From a candidate division WWE3 bacterium (GTDB taxonomy: Bacteria > Patescibacteriota > WWE3 > UBA101185 > UBA10185): a stretch of DNA of 64,000 nt. Where the stretch lies: assembly GCA_012798115.1 (NCBI GenBank), contig JAAZNV010000006.1, forward strand, positions 155,971 to 219,970, written 5' to 3'. Made by a program: the position numbers and the translations under genes. The notes below the pieces were generated by a model. That model worked only from the letters and a program-made list of their open reading frames with translations. It was not told where the DNA came from and searched no databases. Of the stretch, positions 9,908 to 20,123 are shown piece by piece (position 1 is the first letter of the stretch; each line of letters starts with the position of its first letter).

Positions 9908-10620
9908 TGTTTAAAAATATAAAGACACACCTTTTTAAAAAGATACTAAGTGCTCAGGAAGAAAATAGAAAGAATATATTAAGAATGCTTCCTAGTGAGT
10001 TTAATGAAGAAACTAAAATTTTAGATCTTGGTTGTGATGACGGCTCTTGGACTTTGAGTTTAAGTAAAAATTCTCCTAAGGTCTTGTTATTTGGAGTTGA
10101 GGTTGTAGAAGAAAGGAAGAAAATTGCGGTTAATAAAGGAATAAATGTTAAGAGTTTCGATTTAAACAAGTCTTTCTATTTTGAAGATAATACCTTTGAC
10201 ATAGTTCATAGCAATCAAGTTATAGAACACCTGCACGATACAGATAACTTTGTATCAGAAGTTTATAGGGTTTTGAAGCCAGGTGAAATTTTTATAGTCT
10301 CAACGGTAAATTTATCGAGTTGGCATAACATATTTTCTTTGTTGTTGGGTTATCAGCCATTTGACTTGTCAAACATTAGTACGAAAGGCAATATTGGTAA
10401 TCCATTTTCTCTTTGGAACAATGCTGAATCTGAAAACTCCAAGCATAAATCATGGCAACATATGAGGATTTTTACTGTCTACTCCTTGATAGATTTACTC
10501 AAAAAACACGGCTTCACTGTTTTGAATGTTCTAACTTCTGGTTATTACCCACTTCCAAATTTTTTCTCCAAGCTTGATAAAAAACATTCTCATTATTTTG
10601 TTATTAAGGCACAAAAATGA
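9907..10620 (+). CDS. Class I SAM-dependent methyltransferase (Methyltransf_11-like).
   Basis: 'ILDLGCDDGSW', 'FDIVHSNQVIEHLHD' and 'VLKPGEIFIVST' are present. Confidence 0.7.
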   Translation: MFKNIKTHLFKKILSAQEENRKNILRMLPSEFNEETKILDLGCDDGSWTLSLSKNSPKVLLFGVEVVEERKKIAVNKGINVKSFDLNKSFYFEDNTFDIVHSNQVIEHLHDTDNFVSEVYRVLKPGEIFIVSTVNLSSWHNIFSLLLGYQPFDLSNISTKGNIGNPFSLWNNAESENSKHKSWQHMRIFTVYSLIDLLKKHGFTVLNVLTSGYYPLPNFFSKLDKKHSHYFVIKAQK

Positions 10621-11393
10621 AAGTTTTTGATAGTAAATATGAAAATCTAGGTTACTTGTTTTATAGAGTTATTTCACCAGTATTTGATCCTATAAGGTTT
10701 GTTCGCGGGTTATATGGATACACATGGTTCTTGAGGGATTATCTAAAGTTTAAAGGAATGAAAGGAAGTGAATCTTTGAGTGTAATGAATATTTATCCAG
10801 CCTTACATGATAAATCTGTGAGGACTTCGTTAGATGCTCATTATTTCTACCAACAGCTTTGGGTTTTTGAGGAAGTTATGAAGAGTAGGCCAAAGGAACA
10901 TGTAGATGTAGGCTCGACTTATCAAATGAGTGGTTATCTTTCTAAAATAACTAAGGCCACGTTCGTGGATATTAGGCCGTTGGAAGTTGATTTAAAGAAT
11001 CTAACTTCTATACCTGGAGACGTAACAAGTTTGCCTTTTGAGAGTGATTCTATCAATTCCCTTTCTTGCCTTCATGTTCTGGAGCATATTGGACTTGGTA
11101 GATACGGTGATCAGGTGAATCCTGTAGGTTGGAAAATTGCGTGTAAAGAGTTGTCTAGAATTTTATCTGTTAATGGGATTCTGTATTTATCGGTGCCTGT
11201 TGGAAGGTCTAGAGTATGTTTTAATGCTCATAGGGTATTTTCTCCAAATGCTATTCTTAAGGAGTTTTCAAAGCTAAGTTTAAGGGATTTTTCCTTGGTA
11301 GATGATTATGGAAGATACATAACAAACGTTTCTCCTAAAGATTATGGAAATATAAACTATGGTTGTGGAATGTTCACTTTTACTAAAGGTTAA
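10617..11393 (+). CDS. Methyltransferase-like protein with a divergent class I fold.
   Basis: 'HVDVGSTYQMSG', 'LPFESDSINSLSCLHVLEHIGLGRYGD' and 'LSRILSVNGILYLSVPVG' are present. Only a weak family-level match. Confidence 0.45.
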   Translation: MKVFDSKYENLGYLFYRVISPVFDPIRFVRGLYGYTWFLRDYLKFKGMKGSESLSVMNIYPALHDKSVRTSLDAHYFYQQLWVFEEVMKSRPKEHVDVGSTYQMSGYLSKITKATFVDIRPLEVDLKNLTSIPGDVTSLPFESDSINSLSCLHVLEHIGLGRYGDQVNPVGWKIACKELSRILSVNGILYLSVPVGRSRVCFNAHRVFSPNAILKEFSKLSLRDFSLVDDYGRYITNVSPKDYGNINYGCGMFTFTKG

Positions 11394-11401
11394 GTTAATT
11401 T

Positions 11402-12028
11402 ATGAAGTATAATTTTAGTCAATACACCACTGATTTACATAGGAAAATCTCTTTTGATTTTCTTCCAGGGAAAAGATTATTAGATGTTGGGTGTGGCACC
11501 TGTGTTGATTCTTACTTCTTTAAGAATATTCATAATCTTGATGTTTACTCAACGGATGTTTTTAAGCACAAGAATGTTGATACTTTTGGATTAAAATTTA
11601 AAGTGGGATCAATTATTAATCTTCCCTATAAGAGCTCCTGCTTTGATTATGTATTTGTACACGACGTCCTTCATCATATTGATGAAAAACATCAGAAATA
11701 TTCTATGCATGTAAATGCATTAAGGGAATTGAAAAGAGTTGTTAAAAACAATGGTGTCATAGTTATAGTTGAGGCTAACAGATACAATCCTTTGTTTTAT
11801 CCTCATATGGTAAGGTTGCTAAAACATAACCATTTTACTCAAAAATACTTCAAGAGTTTAATCAAATCTGTATTTGAGATTGAAAGCGTTTCTTTTAAAT
11901 ATTTTGAATGCCACGCCTATCCTAAAAGGCTCTATAAGTTCTTCAAAGTCTATGAGTTACTTATGGAAAAATTTGTGCCAGAGAGGTTGTTAGCATACAA
12001 TTGCGCTATTATTCAGGTGAAGAAGTAA
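11402..12028 (+). CDS. Class I SAM-dependent methyltransferase.
   Basis: 'LLDVGCGTCVDSYFF', 'FDYVFVHDVLHHIDE' and 'VVKNNGVIVIVE' are present. Confidence 0.65.
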   Translation: MKYNFSQYTTDLHRKISFDFLPGKRLLDVGCGTCVDSYFFKNIHNLDVYSTDVFKHKNVDTFGLKFKVGSIINLPYKSSCFDYVFVHDVLHHIDEKHQKYSMHVNALRELKRVVKNNGVIVIVEANRYNPLFYPHMVRLLKHNHFTQKYFKSLIKSVFEIESVSFKYFECHAYPKRLYKFFKVYELLMEKFVPERLLAYNCAIIQVKK

Positions 12029-12031
12029 TAT

Positions 12032-14281
12032 TTGACTACTATGTTGCATAAGATACTAGTAAATAATAGAACAAAAAAAAGCTTTCTGTTGCTCTTGTGT
12101 TATTTGTTGGTATCAGTTGCTGTTGCCTTACCGGTTTGTAAAGATGTGAAGTACACTGTGTGGGGTTCAATGGGTGATTACGATTTTTCATTAAATCCGT
12201 CTGAGCAATTAAATATTTCGACTTACGTGGAATCTTATGGTGGGGGATATTATGCACCCTTTAGTATAGCCAAGAAGGTGCCATATCTTTTGGTCCTTGA
12301 TCTGTTTTCTTTACTGAAAGTTTCTCCATTTGTATCAACCTTACTATATGTTATCTTATTAAACACTCTCTCTGGGATCTTCACGTTCATCTCATTTAAC
12401 TATTTTCTTAAAAAAGCTTCCTCCAAGGAGAATGCTGTACTTACTTTTTTATTCTCTCTCATTTATATTTACTCACCTTACTTTTCTACTCTTTATAAAT
12501 CAGGTCATTTTATAATTACTTTTGCTTTTCTTTTCTTTCCGATAGTTCTAATGTATTTCGATAAGGCACTAGAGTCAGATGGTGTTAGTTCGGAAAATTA
12601 CTTAATTCTTTTTTTACTGTTTGCATTACTGCCGAGCTCAATTTCTAACATAGCTTATATAGTGATTTATTTGCTTGTTTTAGGATTGTATCTTGTTGGC
12701 TTCTTATTATATAAGGGTTTTGTACGTGCTAGATATATGGTCACATATGTTGTGACTTGTTTGTTACTTTTTCTTTCAAATTCCTGGTGGCTGCTTTCCA
12801 ATGTTGTGTACTATGTTAAAACCTATTATGCGCAAGTTTCTTATTCTCGCGATACATTGGGGAAGTATATTGAGTTTGCGACAGAAAAAAGTTCCTTGGA
12901 GCACTTATTATTTGGTGGGGGTGTTGTGAAGTATGAGTCGGTTTTAGGAGAAGTTACCACTATCATTACAATTTTTGTTTATTTTATATTACTAGTAAGC
13001 GTATTACTGATGTTTTTAAAAGGCGATAAAAAGCTTGTTCGTTTCTCTATACCTTTTTTGTTTCTTACCTTACTTGGTCTATTTATTGTTAAAGGCCCGA
13101 AGGATCCATACGGAGATATTTTCTCTTATCTTTATGATAAGATACCAGGGTTTCAGATACTTAGAAGACCTAAGAGTAAAGTATATTGGACACATCTCCT
13201 GGGTCTTAGCGTTTTAGCGTTGTTTGGTTTTCAATGGCTTTTTTCTAGATTCAAGTTTAGTTCTCTACATAGGATCTTTGCTTGGTTTACATTGTTTATT
13301 ACTACGACATCGGTTTTGCTTTTATACTCTCTTAATATAGTAATAGTTCCGTTTAACATCCCTAGTGCTTACTATGAAGCAAACGTTGTATTTGTGTCAG
13401 AAGGTGCGAGGAGAATACTCATAATTCCAGATATAGCAGGACTGCCCCCTTATTACGATCAAACACTGAATTCTTTGAGGGGGCATGATTTTGTTCCGCA
13501 GGTTTGGAAGTATGAATTCTTAGGGTATGACTTATATAACAAATTAGCATTAAATGATGATCTGAACAGTAGATTACAAACACTATATAGGGATTTATTT
13601 AATGGGAGTAGTGTATGTTCAGATCTTAAAGATCTTAATATTACTCATGTTGTACTAAAGGAAAATTTAACAAATGATTATGAGAAGTTCTTCAACGGCA
13701 TGTCGATTAAGGATATTCTGTCTAAAAACGAAGATTTTAGCAAGGTTATAAGTTTTACAGAAGGTGCTAACCCGCTGTTTACTATATGGACTGTTGGAAG
13801 TAGTTGTGTATCTAATTCATCCTTTCCCATTGCTGTCAGTAATCCGGAAGTTTTGGTTAGTTATGATAAGGTCTCTCCTACTTTTTATCGAGTTAAACTT
13901 AAAAATCTTTTGGACAGTACCCACCTATCTCTTATGAGAGGTTATGATAAGGATTGGAAATTATATCTATCTACTAGTTCCTACAATAATCCTGAGTTTA
14001 TGATTCCAGTGAGTGCAATTTCCAAGTCGATGAGATTAGTAAAAGGTCCTTACAAGACGTCTGGATATGTTAATGACTGGTTTGTCTCTATGGAGGCGGC
14101 ACATCCTTATGTAAGCAGTCCTAATGAAGTTAATCTTGTCCTTTATTACTCACCGTCTACCTTTTTATATATTGGTGAAGTATTAACCATGTTTGTCTTC
14201 TTGCTACTGTTGTTTATTAACGTTTTACATGTGTATCAAAAGGGACGTGGAAAAACATCTCAATATGCACCTTCTAAGTAG
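12032..14281 (+). CDS. Large polytopic membrane protein (about 14 predicted transmembrane segments) with a C-terminal soluble domain. Possibly a GT-C or YfhO-like glycan polymerase or glycosyltransferase.
   Basis: The N-terminal ~450 aa are strongly hydrophobic and the C-terminal ~300 aa are hydrophilic. The gene sits inside the glycan locus. No family motif was recognised with confidence. Confidence 0.45.
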   Translation: MTTMLHKILVNNRTKKSFLLLLCYLLVSVAVALPVCKDVKYTVWGSMGDYDFSLNPSEQLNISTYVESYGGGYYAPFSIAKKVPYLLVLDLFSLLKVSPFVSTLLYVILLNTLSGIFTFISFNYFLKKASSKENAVLTFLFSLIYIYSPYFSTLYKSGHFIITFAFLFFPIVLMYFDKALESDGVSSENYLILFLLFALLPSSISNIAYIVIYLLVLGLYLVGFLLYKGFVRARYMVTYVVTCLLLFLSNSWWLLSNVVYYVKTYYAQVSYSRDTLGKYIEFATEKSSLEHLLFGGGVVKYESVLGEVTTIITIFVYFILLVSVLLMFLKGDKKLVRFSIPFLFLTLLGLFIVKGPKDPYGDIFSYLYDKIPGFQILRRPKSKVYWTHLLGLSVLALFGFQWLFSRFKFSSLHRIFAWFTLFITTTSVLLLYSLNIVIVPFNIPSAYYEANVVFVSEGARRILIIPDIAGLPPYYDQTLNSLRGHDFVPQVWKYEFLGYDLYNKLALNDDLNSRLQTLYRDLFNGSSVCSDLKDLNITHVVLKENLTNDYEKFFNGMSIKDILSKNEDFSKVISFTEGANPLFTIWTVGSSCVSNSSFPIAVSNPEVLVSYDKVSPTFYRVKLKNLLDSTHLSLMRGYDKDWKLYLSTSSYNNPEFMIPVSAISKSMRLVKGPYKTSGYVNDWFVSMEAAHPYVSSPNEVNLVLYYSPSTFLYIGEVLTMFVFLLLLFINVLHVYQKGRGKTSQYAPSK

Positions 14282-15926
14282 TATTATAATTTATTCTTAC
14301 AACGATCAAGCAAATTCTTTGATTAGAGCTTTGTCAATTTTTACCAAGAAGAATTTTTTACCTGGTGCATTTATGTCATCATCTATGTTCAAGGTCGATC
14401 TCATTACACATGTTTTTGTTAATGTTTGTGCTGCTTTGTTAAATCCAGTGCTTGAGGCCAATATTTTGTTGTTTGTAGCTCTGATTCTGAGCTTTTATTT
14501 CAGCTTTGTACTATTGAATGAGTTGAAGTTGTCAAAAATTCTTTGTCTTAGCATCTCTGTTCTTTTCACTTTCAGTGAGTATTTTGTGTATAGAGTCGTT
14601 TCATATACTACTAACTTATATTCAGTATTTACTTTTCCGTTTGTTGCTTATCTTCTGGTGAAAAAGACGAAAAGTTATTATATGGGATTATTTGTTTCAT
14701 TTCTTACGTATGTTAGTTCTTACTATGGATTTTTTTCACTAATTATAGTAATTTGCTGGTATCTTTTTACATTTTTTACAGATAAAAAGGTAAGAATTAA
14801 AAATGTTCTAAAAGATATGACTTTTGTACTCTTTGTTCTGCTGGCCTGTCTTCTTCCTTTTTATAATTCACATTTAGCAAGTAACCTTCCTGTATTTGGC
14901 AAATATAATAACGTCGTTAGTCCTTTTAATCGTGAAATAGTTTATAGACCAATCCAAGATTTTTATAATCTATCGTTTCGTCCTTGGTATTTCTTCATTC
15001 CTCCAAAATCATCCTTGTTCTTTGGAGATTTATCTAAAAGATTATATAAAAAGATAGAATCCACCAATTACTATCTTGCTGATGACTATATGGAAGAAGA
15101 AATGGGTGGTAGTTATATGGGTTGGCATTTCCTTTTGGGAATGGGATTTGTAGCTGTTTTACTTTTATTAAAGAAGTTTAAGAAAAAAGAATATCCTATC
15201 TTTAAGACAGTATATGAAAACCAGGAAATGATAGTTAGAAGTTTCTTCATAATATTTTGTATTTTGTTAATATCCGGCCCTCCTTCGTTTACGATAAGAG
15301 GAATTACATTTTATACACCTTCTTATCTTCTTTATTATATTGTTCCTGTATTTAGAACTCTTGTTAGATGGGCAGTAGTAATTTATTTATTTGTTTTAAT
15401 AATTAATTCTTATTTAGTACAAGATTTATATGACTTAATGAAAAATACATGGCAGAAAGTACTATTTATAGTTGTGTTTTTATCTCTAAACTTTGTAATC
15501 TTTGCAATAAAAATACCTGTAATAAATGTAAGTAAACCTCCTTTGGAAATATCATATTTGAAGGAAAAGTATCCTGGTAGTGTTCCTTATGCTGTGTATC
15601 CTAAAGGGGACTATTATTCAATATTTTGGATAATTTCTCATGAAGATTTGCTAATTAATCCTGTAAATTTTGTTAATTATGAAACAGGCTTTAATTCAAA
15701 TGAATTTTCCAAGAATTTAATTACAGAAGAAGGGATTGAGGAATTCTTAAGTTTTAATCCGAGGTATTTAATATATTATGAAGAAAAAATATCTGGTAGT
15801 GATTTGGAGAGAATAGCTAAAATCAACTCAAAGATAGTGGTAAAGGAGGATATAACAAGGTTTCTCGAGAAAGAGCTTGATAAGGGTGTAAAGGTAGGGG
15901 AAAGTATTATTTTTGAAATTAAGTAA
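14265..15926 (+). CDS. Polytopic membrane protein of unknown function.
   Basis: The protein is hydrophobic throughout. Start at ATG 14265 (17-nt overlap with the upstream gene), with an alternative ATG at 14373. The listed ORF start at 14193 is unlikely. Confidence 0.45.
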   Translation: MHLLSSIIIYSYNDQANSLIRALSIFTKKNFLPGAFMSSSMFKVDLITHVFVNVCAALLNPVLEANILLFVALILSFYFSFVLLNELKLSKILCLSISVLFTFSEYFVYRVVSYTTNLYSVFTFPFVAYLLVKKTKSYYMGLFVSFLTYVSSYYGFFSLIIVICWYLFTFFTDKKVRIKNVLKDMTFVLFVLLACLLPFYNSHLASNLPVFGKYNNVVSPFNREIVYRPIQDFYNLSFRPWYFFIPPKSSLFFGDLSKRLYKKIESTNYYLADDYMEEEMGGSYMGWHFLLGMGFVAVLLLLKKFKKKEYPIFKTVYENQEMIVRSFFIIFCILLISGPPSFTIRGITFYTPSYLLYYIVPVFRTLVRWAVVIYLFVLIINSYLVQDLYDLMKNTWQKVLFIVVFLSLNFVIFAIKIPVINVSKPPLEISYLKEKYPGSVPYAVYPKGDYYSIFWIISHEDLLINPVNFVNYETGFNSNEFSKNLITEEGIEEFLSFNPRYLIYYEEKISGSDLERIAKINSKIVVKEDITRFLEKELDKGVKVGESIIFEIK

Positions 15927-16021
15927 ATTTAAGCAACTTATAGAACACTTAAAGGTGGAAAAAAACTGAAAAATCAATATAATAACAGTTGCCAGTATGC
16001 CCCGGCAAAGAATGCATCAAT

Positions 16022-16444
16022 ATGTTTAGCTTATTAAAGGATAATGTAGATAGTGTTGTTCTGATTTTTATATTTTTATTGCTCCTTTTCTCTGTGTTGT
16101 TCCCTGTGGAGAAACCTTCATCAAAATTTCTAAAGGTACATCTTTCCAAAGTACATATCCTCTTTATACTCTTGTTTATAGGTGTTTTAACTATAATCAA
16201 AGTAGAACCTCTAGGATTTCTAATTGGCTTTCCGATGATTACTTTCTCGTTCTTTATATTTTTGTTTGGAATGCTGTCTGATAGGAAATACATTTATATC
16301 ATGGCTCTTATTTCTTTAGTAATAACCCCACTTATGCTCGTGCTGAAAGTGGAAAGATTAGCTGAATTTTTTGCGCGGACGGGTTACTTTCTTTTAGTCC
16401 TGGGGTTTTTAAAGGATATTTTTTATGAAAAAATATTTAAGTAA
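16022..16444 (+). CDS. Small membrane protein (hypothetical).
   Basis: About four hydrophobic helices are predicted. Chosen over the overlapping antisense ORF. Weak support. Confidence 0.3.
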   Translation: MFSLLKDNVDSVVLIFIFLLLLFSVLFPVEKPSSKFLKVHLSKVHILFILLFIGVLTIIKVEPLGFLIGFPMITFSFFIFLFGMLSDRKYIYIMALISLVITPLMLVLKVERLAEFFARTGYFLLVLGFLKDIFYEKIFK

Positions 16445-18620
16445 AAAAGAATCTAATATATATAAAATAAAGACTGTTTCATTTTTGGTTCTAATTGGAA
16501 TCTATTTCTCATCGCTAAATGTTTCGGCTCAGTCAAAATTAGAATATTATCAAAAGTTGTTCGCAAAAGATTTCGGGTTTGTTGTTTGTAAGGAAGATGA
16601 AAATAATGAAAATAAGGAAGATCCACAAATGTCTTCCTCATGTTCAAGCAATAGTTACTCTATTTTATTGACATCTTCTATTTCTAGACAGGAACTGCTG
16701 AAAAAATATCTTGTTGAAAGTAAGAAGTTGATAGTAATTTGTGATGAACCTTACTTTTCAAATAGCTCATCAGAGTTTACTTGTGACAAATCAGTATCAT
16801 ATTCTAAAGATTTAGATGCGTTTAATGGTTGTTTAAAGAAGAATGGTATACAAGGTGTAGATTTGTATGTTATACCGGAGAACATTTTAGTGTCTCCAAA
16901 TGAAAGACATACTCTTAGTGAATATTTTAAAGCTTTTAAGAGGTCGGATATGGCACCTGTTGTTTCTGAGGACACGAAAGTTACTGTAGAAGTAATGCGA
17001 AAAGTGGATCAGATAAAAGCTTTGTTGAAGACGACAACATTTGAAATGTTTATAGATGCCATCCTAGTACTGGCTATGGTATCTGTTTGCTTTGGTTTAC
17101 TCAGATATATTGTAAATAATGATAGAAAGAAGTTTAGTTCAAGGGCTTTAGAGAGAATGTTACTTAAAGTAAGAAAAACCCTTATAAATTACAGATGGTT
17201 TATAGCTTATGAAGTTTTTGTGCTTACTCTTATGTATATACCAATCGTAGTTGTACTGGGGGTAAAGGATGGGAGGGGTGTAAATGTTGGATATTTTATA
17301 ACATACTCCTTGGACACATTGAAAATAGCAAATCTAATAGAGTATGTAAACCAAAACAACTACTTCAGAATATTGGTATTCTTTTATAACTTTGCCTTCT
17401 TGATTGCACTTATTACTCTTGTGGCACCATCATTTATGGATATACTCATTACAGCATCATTAAAGATTAAAAATGCGAGGATAAAGAGCAACGTTTTGAA
17501 GTATACAATTCCTTCTGTTTTGTTGCTAACTATAGTAGTATCTTCATTTTGTAACATACATGATTGTTATAGATTTTTAATACTTGCTATTGTAATTTTG
17601 GTTTTTACTGTCATTGGCAGCTTTAAATACAAGACCTTTAGTTGCAACTATTCCTCTAGTGACAGATTATTGTTTTTAGGTGTGGCAGTTCTGGTAGTAT
17701 TTGCTAGTTTCTTAGTGAAGGTTTGGGAAAGAAAAATAGGTCCAGAATACAAAGAAGAAGGATTGATTAGTGTTGGTGATAGCATTGTTACTCTTCCTTA
17801 TTCAAAGCAAATAGGTGAAAATACAATATTTAAGGAATTTTTTATTTCTACCCCAGAACCTGTATTTGTAGATAGGTATTTAGTTTACTTTCCAAATCGT
17901 TCTAGTGTAGAAAACAAGAATGCTCTGGAATTTAAAGATTCTGGTTCATTTTTTATTCAAAACGGTGCATTGGAAGATATGACTTATGCTATTTATGTTA
18001 ATGATGAGTTGTCTAGAACCTTGGTTTCTAGGGTTCCTACCAATTTCTTTAGGGTTAAAAACTTTAGGACTGGCCTTAATCAAGGTGATGCAAACATCCA
18101 AATCACATTTTCATGTGAAAGAGAAGATATTGGAATAAATGAGATAAAATCTGATTTTTATCACCTTTCTTCTTCAAATGAAATAGAAAAAATGGAAAGT
18201 ACTCTCTTATACTTTCCTGGATGCTCAGAAGTAGGCAAACCTGAAACTTTTACAGTAGAGTTTAATCCACCTTATATTGACTCTGAATACTTCTTTATGA
18301 GGTTAGTAAATGTTTCAGGTAAAGATATAAAAGATGTTAGGATAATATCTTTAGATACAGTTATTACACCAACTTACTACTCAAAAGGAAAGGGATATAG
18401 TGTAATTTCTTCTGGTGGACTTACGGATTCATCCAAAACAAAAGTTACAAATTATATATTTGGAGAATCACATGACTTATTGTTCAATATAGATCTTGAT
18501 CTGGAAGGTAAGTTTAATATCTCTCAACCTATAAACGAATTAGTAAAACAAGGAGCTTTGAAAGGTAATACTCTAATATGGTCAACTAAAAAGTATATTC
18601 CTGTTAGAGTTGGGTTCTGA
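16425..18620 (+). CDS. Secreted or membrane protein of 731 aa with an N-terminal signal peptide, a central multi-transmembrane region and a C-terminal soluble domain. Function unknown.
   Basis: 'MKKYLSKK...LVLIGIYFSSLNVSAQS' is signal-peptide-like. About seven transmembrane helices are predicted around residues 200 to 430. Confidence 0.5.
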   Translation: MKKYLSKKESNIYKIKTVSFLVLIGIYFSSLNVSAQSKLEYYQKLFAKDFGFVVCKEDENNENKEDPQMSSSCSSNSYSILLTSSISRQELLKKYLVESKKLIVICDEPYFSNSSSEFTCDKSVSYSKDLDAFNGCLKKNGIQGVDLYVIPENILVSPNERHTLSEYFKAFKRSDMAPVVSEDTKVTVEVMRKVDQIKALLKTTTFEMFIDAILVLAMVSVCFGLLRYIVNNDRKKFSSRALERMLLKVRKTLINYRWFIAYEVFVLTLMYIPIVVVLGVKDGRGVNVGYFITYSLDTLKIANLIEYVNQNNYFRILVFFYNFAFLIALITLVAPSFMDILITASLKIKNARIKSNVLKYTIPSVLLLTIVVSSFCNIHDCYRFLILAIVILVFTVIGSFKYKTFSCNYSSSDRLLFLGVAVLVVFASFLVKVWERKIGPEYKEEGLISVGDSIVTLPYSKQIGENTIFKEFFISTPEPVFVDRYLVYFPNRSSVENKNALEFKDSGSFFIQNGALEDMTYAIYVNDELSRTLVSRVPTNFFRVKNFRTGLNQGDANIQITFSCEREDIGINEIKSDFYHLSSSNEIEKMESTLLYFPGCSEVGKPETFTVEFNPPYIDSEYFFMRLVNVSGKDIKDVRIISLDTVITPTYYSKGKGYSVISSGGLTDSSKTKVTNYIFGESHDLLFNIDLDLEGKFNISQPINELVKQGALKGNTLIWSTKKYIPVRVGF

Positions 18621-18654
18621 TCATTTTGCTACAAGAAGATATAAATTATAGAAT

Positions 18655-20040
18655 TTGAATATGAATTCAAGTGTAAAAAACATCTTCTTTTACTCCTTTT
18701 TAGTATTTTTCTTTTCTTGGGTATTTGTGAATAGATTAGGAATTAATAAATTAGCTATTCAGTCAGAAGATACTATTCCAACTATGTTTTTACCTGTGGC
18801 TATAATAAAAGAAAAGACAATGAATTTAGATTCTTACTATTGGATGATGTTAGGGAAGTATCCTCATCCAGATGACAAAAGCTTTATTAGAGGTCTTACT
18901 CCTTTTTATTTAAAAAAGATAGGTAATCACTACGTATCTGCATTTCCAATAATTACAGCTCTAATATCTCTTCCTATATATTTTCTTCCTTTAAAGCTTG
19001 GGATGCCTATTACTTGGGATAACTTAATAATATTATCTAAGATATCTTCTTCCCTTATAGTTTCATTATCTGGAGTATTTCTTTACATTCTTCTAAGGAA
19101 ACATTTCTTAAATGATGAAAAAAAAGCATCTCTTTTAACATACGTTTATCTTTTTGGGACAGTAAACTATGCAATGATTTCTCAATCTATGTGGCAACAT
19201 GGAACCTTAATGCTCTTTTCTATTCTAGGTTTGTATTTTATTCTAGAGTTTTTAAAAGAAAATAAGTTTAAACCTTCAAATGCTTTTCTTGGAGGATTGT
19301 TTTATGGTCTTGCTATTTTATCAAGACCAACTGCAGCTTTAGCTTTTGCTCTTGTTCTTGTTTTAATGTTAGTGAAGATACGAAACATAAAAAACTATAT
19401 CAAGGCAAATATATTTGTATTTGCTGGAATTGCTTTAAACATATTATTTTTCCTTTGGTATAACAACAAATACTATATAGGTATCCAAAATCAAGGTTAC
19501 TCTAGTCAAATATTTTCTAGTTGGTTATCTCCATTTCCAATAAGTCTTATAGGAGTTTGGTTATCTCCAAGTAAAGGGATACTTGTATATTCTCCAATTT
19601 TTATCTTTTCATTTGTTGGTTTTTATATAGCTATGAAAAAAGGAGTAGAGGAAAATTCTCAATATTTAATTTATTTCTTAGTGGTTGTTTTACATACGCT
19701 AATAATTAGTTTTTGGAAACATTGGTACGGTGGTTATTCCTTTGGTTACAGAATGAGTTCAGATATTATTCCTTACCTTATTCTTCTTATGGTTCCTTTT
19801 CTTAATTCCTCATTTTATGAAAAGTACCAGAAGCTGTTCTTGTTTTTGTTTACCATATCTGTTTTTGTTCAAATATTTGGAATAATTTTCTTTGATGGAA
19901 TATGGCATGCAGCATATGATAGGGGATTTAGAGATACATCCTGGCTTTGGTCGTTAAAAGATTCAGAATTTATGTTTAATATAAGAAGAGTAATGGTGAA
20001 ACTAAAGTTTCTTCAAAGAGCTTGTCCCAAGTGTTTATAA
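18655..20040 (+). CDS. Polytopic membrane protein, putatively a GT-C-type glycosyltransferase.
   Basis: At least ten transmembrane segments are predicted ('LGLYFILEF', 'GLAILSRPTAALAFALVLVLM'). This is the last plus-strand gene before the inserted cassette. Confidence 0.45.
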   Translation: MNMNSSVKNIFFYSFLVFFFSWVFVNRLGINKLAIQSEDTIPTMFLPVAIIKEKTMNLDSYYWMMLGKYPHPDDKSFIRGLTPFYLKKIGNHYVSAFPIITALISLPIYFLPLKLGMPITWDNLIILSKISSSLIVSLSGVFLYILLRKHFLNDEKKASLLTYVYLFGTVNYAMISQSMWQHGTLMLFSILGLYFILEFLKENKFKPSNAFLGGLFYGLAILSRPTAALAFALVLVLMLVKIRNIKNYIKANIFVFAGIALNILFFLWYNNKYYIGIQNQGYSSQIFSSWLSPFPISLIGVWLSPSKGILVYSPIFIFSFVGFYIAMKKGVEENSQYLIYFLVVVLHTLIISFWKHWYGGYSFGYRMSSDIIPYLILLMVPFLNSSFYEKYQKLFLFLFTISVFVQIFGIIFFDGIWHAAYDRGFRDTSWLWSLKDSEFMFNIRRVMVKLKFLQRACPKCL

Positions 20041-20072
20041 TCCTTTAGGGTTGAGCGTACGGATTTTACTCT

Positions 20073-20088
20073 ACGATCTAGAAACGAG
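20073..20088. repeat. Partial third copy of the element ('ACGATCTAGAAACGAG'), 3' of the last cassette gene.
   Basis: It shares the GATCTAGAAMC core with copies 1 and 2. Confidence 0.3.
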
Positions 20089-20123
20089 ACAGTAATGCTC
20101 GCGAATATAACATTAAATATAAT

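Noticed and set aside
15949-16293. A minus-strand 114-aa ORF.
   Set aside because: It overlaps a plus-strand ORF with a clear multi-transmembrane hydropathy pattern. Its own sequence is low-complexity. Neither ORF is strongly supported.
18010-18035. A 'TCTAGAACC' 9-mer inside the 731-aa gene that resembles the cassette repeat core.
   Set aside because: It is an isolated 9-mer within a coding region, with no flanking CTGGCTGAG part. It is expected by chance about once in 64 kb.
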